From positions 1-59,148 of the IMG/VR virus record IMGVR_UViG_3300027639_000001: a stretch of 59,148 nt of DNA; one strand, given 5' to 3'. The notes beneath the pieces are model-generated. The model ran no database searches. It had not been told where the DNA came from and worked only from the letters and a program-made list of their open reading frames with translations. Shown here one piece after another: positions 57,523-59,148 of the stretch. Position 1 is the stretch's first letter. Each line of letters starts with the position of its first letter. The stretch comes from a virus (lineage: Duplodnaviria > Caudoviricetes). Both the position numbers and the translations under genes were made by a program.

Positions 57523-57729
57523 ATGTCGGATATAGATTTGCAACAAGTTATTAATAATTTAACAGCTAGAATTTCTAATATAAGCTTAGAGCATGCAGTT
57601 GTTAGTGCTCAATTAAAGACTGAAAAACAAAAAAATTCAGATTTGGAAGAGCAACTTACAAATTTAACAATAGAAAACAAAAGATTAACCGAGGGCAATA
57701 ATGGCCTTGTTCAAAAAGAAAAAAAATGA
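57523..57729 (+). CDS. small coiled-coil protein
   Basis: AGGAG RBS; heptads. Confidence 0.65.
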   Translation: MSDIDLQQVINNLTARISNISLEHAVVSAQLKTEKQKNSDLEEQLTNLTIENKRLTEGNNGLVQKEKK

Positions 57730-58147
57730 AAATATTTGGAGACCACCAAATAAAAAATTAATTTATCCAAAGTGGTCATATGTTTATAACTCAGATACAG
57801 AAGAATATTATTTAGTTTTAAGCAAAACTAAAAGTAAATTTATTTCACAAAGGGCTTTCTGGTCATGGTCGGTACAACCAATCATGGGAACAACCGAGAC
57901 TCTTTCAGGTTATCCGTTATATGGTCAGACTGGCTTTCGTCCGGGTAGTATGATAAGATCAATAACAACAAGTGCAGTATTCTATATAGATGGTGATAGT
58001 AAAAGATTGATTACCACACCCGATTTTTATTCAGAGCTAGGATTTCAATATAATAGAATTATTGATGTTTCAGCAGAAGAAATAGAATTTCATAAGGAAG
58101 GAGAGCAAATTAAAAGTGTCTATTTACAAAAGAATAAGCTGGGGTAA
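57701..58147 (+). CDS. conserved hypothetical protein
   Basis: R...SW, GFRPG.....KR.IT.PD, E...H.EG. Confidence 0.65.
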   Translation: MALFKKKKNENIWRPPNKKLIYPKWSYVYNSDTEEYYLVLSKTKSKFISQRAFWSWSVQPIMGTTETLSGYPLYGQTGFRPGSMIRSITTSAVFYIDGDSKRLITTPDFYSELGFQYNRIIDVSAEEIEFHKEGEQIKSVYLQKNKLG

Positions 58148-58553
58148 AGAAGCTATTTCTTCAGCAAAATTAAATGATATGGTCAGAAATATGGATTATT
58201 TATATGAAAAAATGATTACTGGCTATTATAATTTATATGGTGTTGCCAGAGAAACAGGCTTGACTATTCGTGCTGGACATGCTAAACTTCCTTTTACTGA
58301 AGCACAGGGTAACGGAGTAGTTCATTATTTTCCTAGACCATTTTTGCCAGGATCAAGACCGGCAGTAGTAACTAGCGTGAATACTGATTATTATGTGAGA
58401 TTCTTTCATGCAATTAGAGGTTTGGATGGAAGAGCTGTTCCCGATCATCGTGGATTTTATTCAATTTTTAATCAAGATAGATTAGCAGGTGGACCAACAG
58501 AATTCCAAGGAGACATGTACTATACATATATAGCACTCGCTCCAAATGGGTAG
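58116..58553 (+). CDS. hypothetical (possible minor tail) protein
   Basis: W....I...KLN.M..N..YL; F...F...P.VV. Confidence 0.55.
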   Translation: MSIYKRISWGKEAISSAKLNDMVRNMDYLYEKMITGYYNLYGVARETGLTIRAGHAKLPFTEAQGNGVVHYFPRPFLPGSRPAVVTSVNTDYYVRFFHAIRGLDGRAVPDHRGFYSIFNQDRLAGGPTEFQGDMYYTYIALAPNG

Positions 58554-58582
58554 TTGACACATGATCACATCTCTGTTAAGAT
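58554..58582 (+). promoter_or_regulatory. promoter
   Basis: TTGACA-17 bp-TAAGAT with extended TG. Confidence 0.7.
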
Positions 58583-58668
58583 GACGTTCTACTAGAAAGG
58601 TAGAGACATGAAAGTGGTGACTTCGAAATGAAGTTGCCGCTTTTGCTTTCCTATGATATGATCTACTT

Positions 58669-59148
58669 ATGGAATGTATTATAGAAGCATGTGTTCGTAT
58701 AAAAAGAAGAAGAAATGGCATGTGTGAGTCCCATTATAGAGCCTCTATCCCAGCTGAAGAATGTATCGCGAATGAATGTGCTTCGCCAGGGAGAAAGGGT
58801 AGAGGATATTGCTCAAAACATTATCAAAGGCTTATAATGGGCAAAGATCCAAATGAAAACCCATTTGGAAAAACATATTTGTCGCCAGATGGCTATGTTG
58901 TTGAATATGATCGAAATCATATTCAGGGTCACAAAGGAAAAATTCTTCAACATAGAAGGGTTTATTCGGATTTTCTGGGAAGAAAATTAGAAAGTTATGA
59001 AAATATTCACCATAAAAATGGTGTTAAATCAGATAATAGATTGGAAAATCTAGAGTTATGGGTAAAGAGACAACCCGCAGGACAAAGAGTAGAAGACTTA
59101 ATAGAGTGGGCAAAATGGATATTACAGGAGTACGACAATGACAAATGA
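58669..59148 (+). CDS. HNH endonuclease
   Basis: HR.V....LGR.L...E.IHHKNG.K.DNR.ENLEL; N-terminal C..C/C..HY repeats. Confidence 0.92.
   Translation: MECIIEACVRIKRRRNGMCESHYRASIPAEECIANECASPGRKGRGYCSKHYQRLIMGKDPNENPFGKTYLSPDGYVVEYDRNHIQGHKGKILQHRRVYSDFLGRKLESYENIHHKNGVKSDNRLENLELWVKRQPAGQRVEDLIEWAKWILQEYDNDK

Noticed and set aside
53169-59148. Diversity-generating retroelement at the tail fibre
   Set aside because: No reverse transcriptase and no TR/VR repeat pair seen

Overview
This is a 59-kb segment of a large, AT-rich, siphovirus-type tailed phage, most likely infecting a filamentous actinomycete. The host call is inferred from a Streptomyces-plasmid-type TraA/TraB pair, an actinobacterial-type amidase and tape-measure hydrolase, and a gene order resembling large Streptomyces phages. 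Layout: (1) 1-4300, small rightward genes, including a HAD protein, a ParB-like protein and a paralog trio. (2) ~4300-14000, a visibly GC-richer early or possible terminal-repeat island. It has four tandem perfect promoters plus an rRNA-type boxA, two large structured non-coding stretches, 3-4 anticodon-less mini-tRNA elements and about 11 similar intergenic hairpins that look like RNase III sites. (3) ~14000-14700, an AT-rich repeat junction. (4) 14787-24724, a leftward arm with an RNase AS-like exonuclease, thyX and an apparently complete traA-traB-clt conjugative transfer cassette. (5) 24725-25500, a structured divergent control region. (6) Rightward glycosyltransferase, endonuclease VII, nrdJ, endolysin and stand-alone PAS protein, then the head and tail modules and an HNH gene. 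No terminase, integrase, canonical tRNA, rRNA or CRISPR array was recognised. The most novel candidates are a phage-borne TraAB+clt DNA-transfer system and an early transcript apparently built like an rRNA operon and punctuated by tRNA-elbow mimics. All protein calls come from motifs read by eye; no database searches were run.
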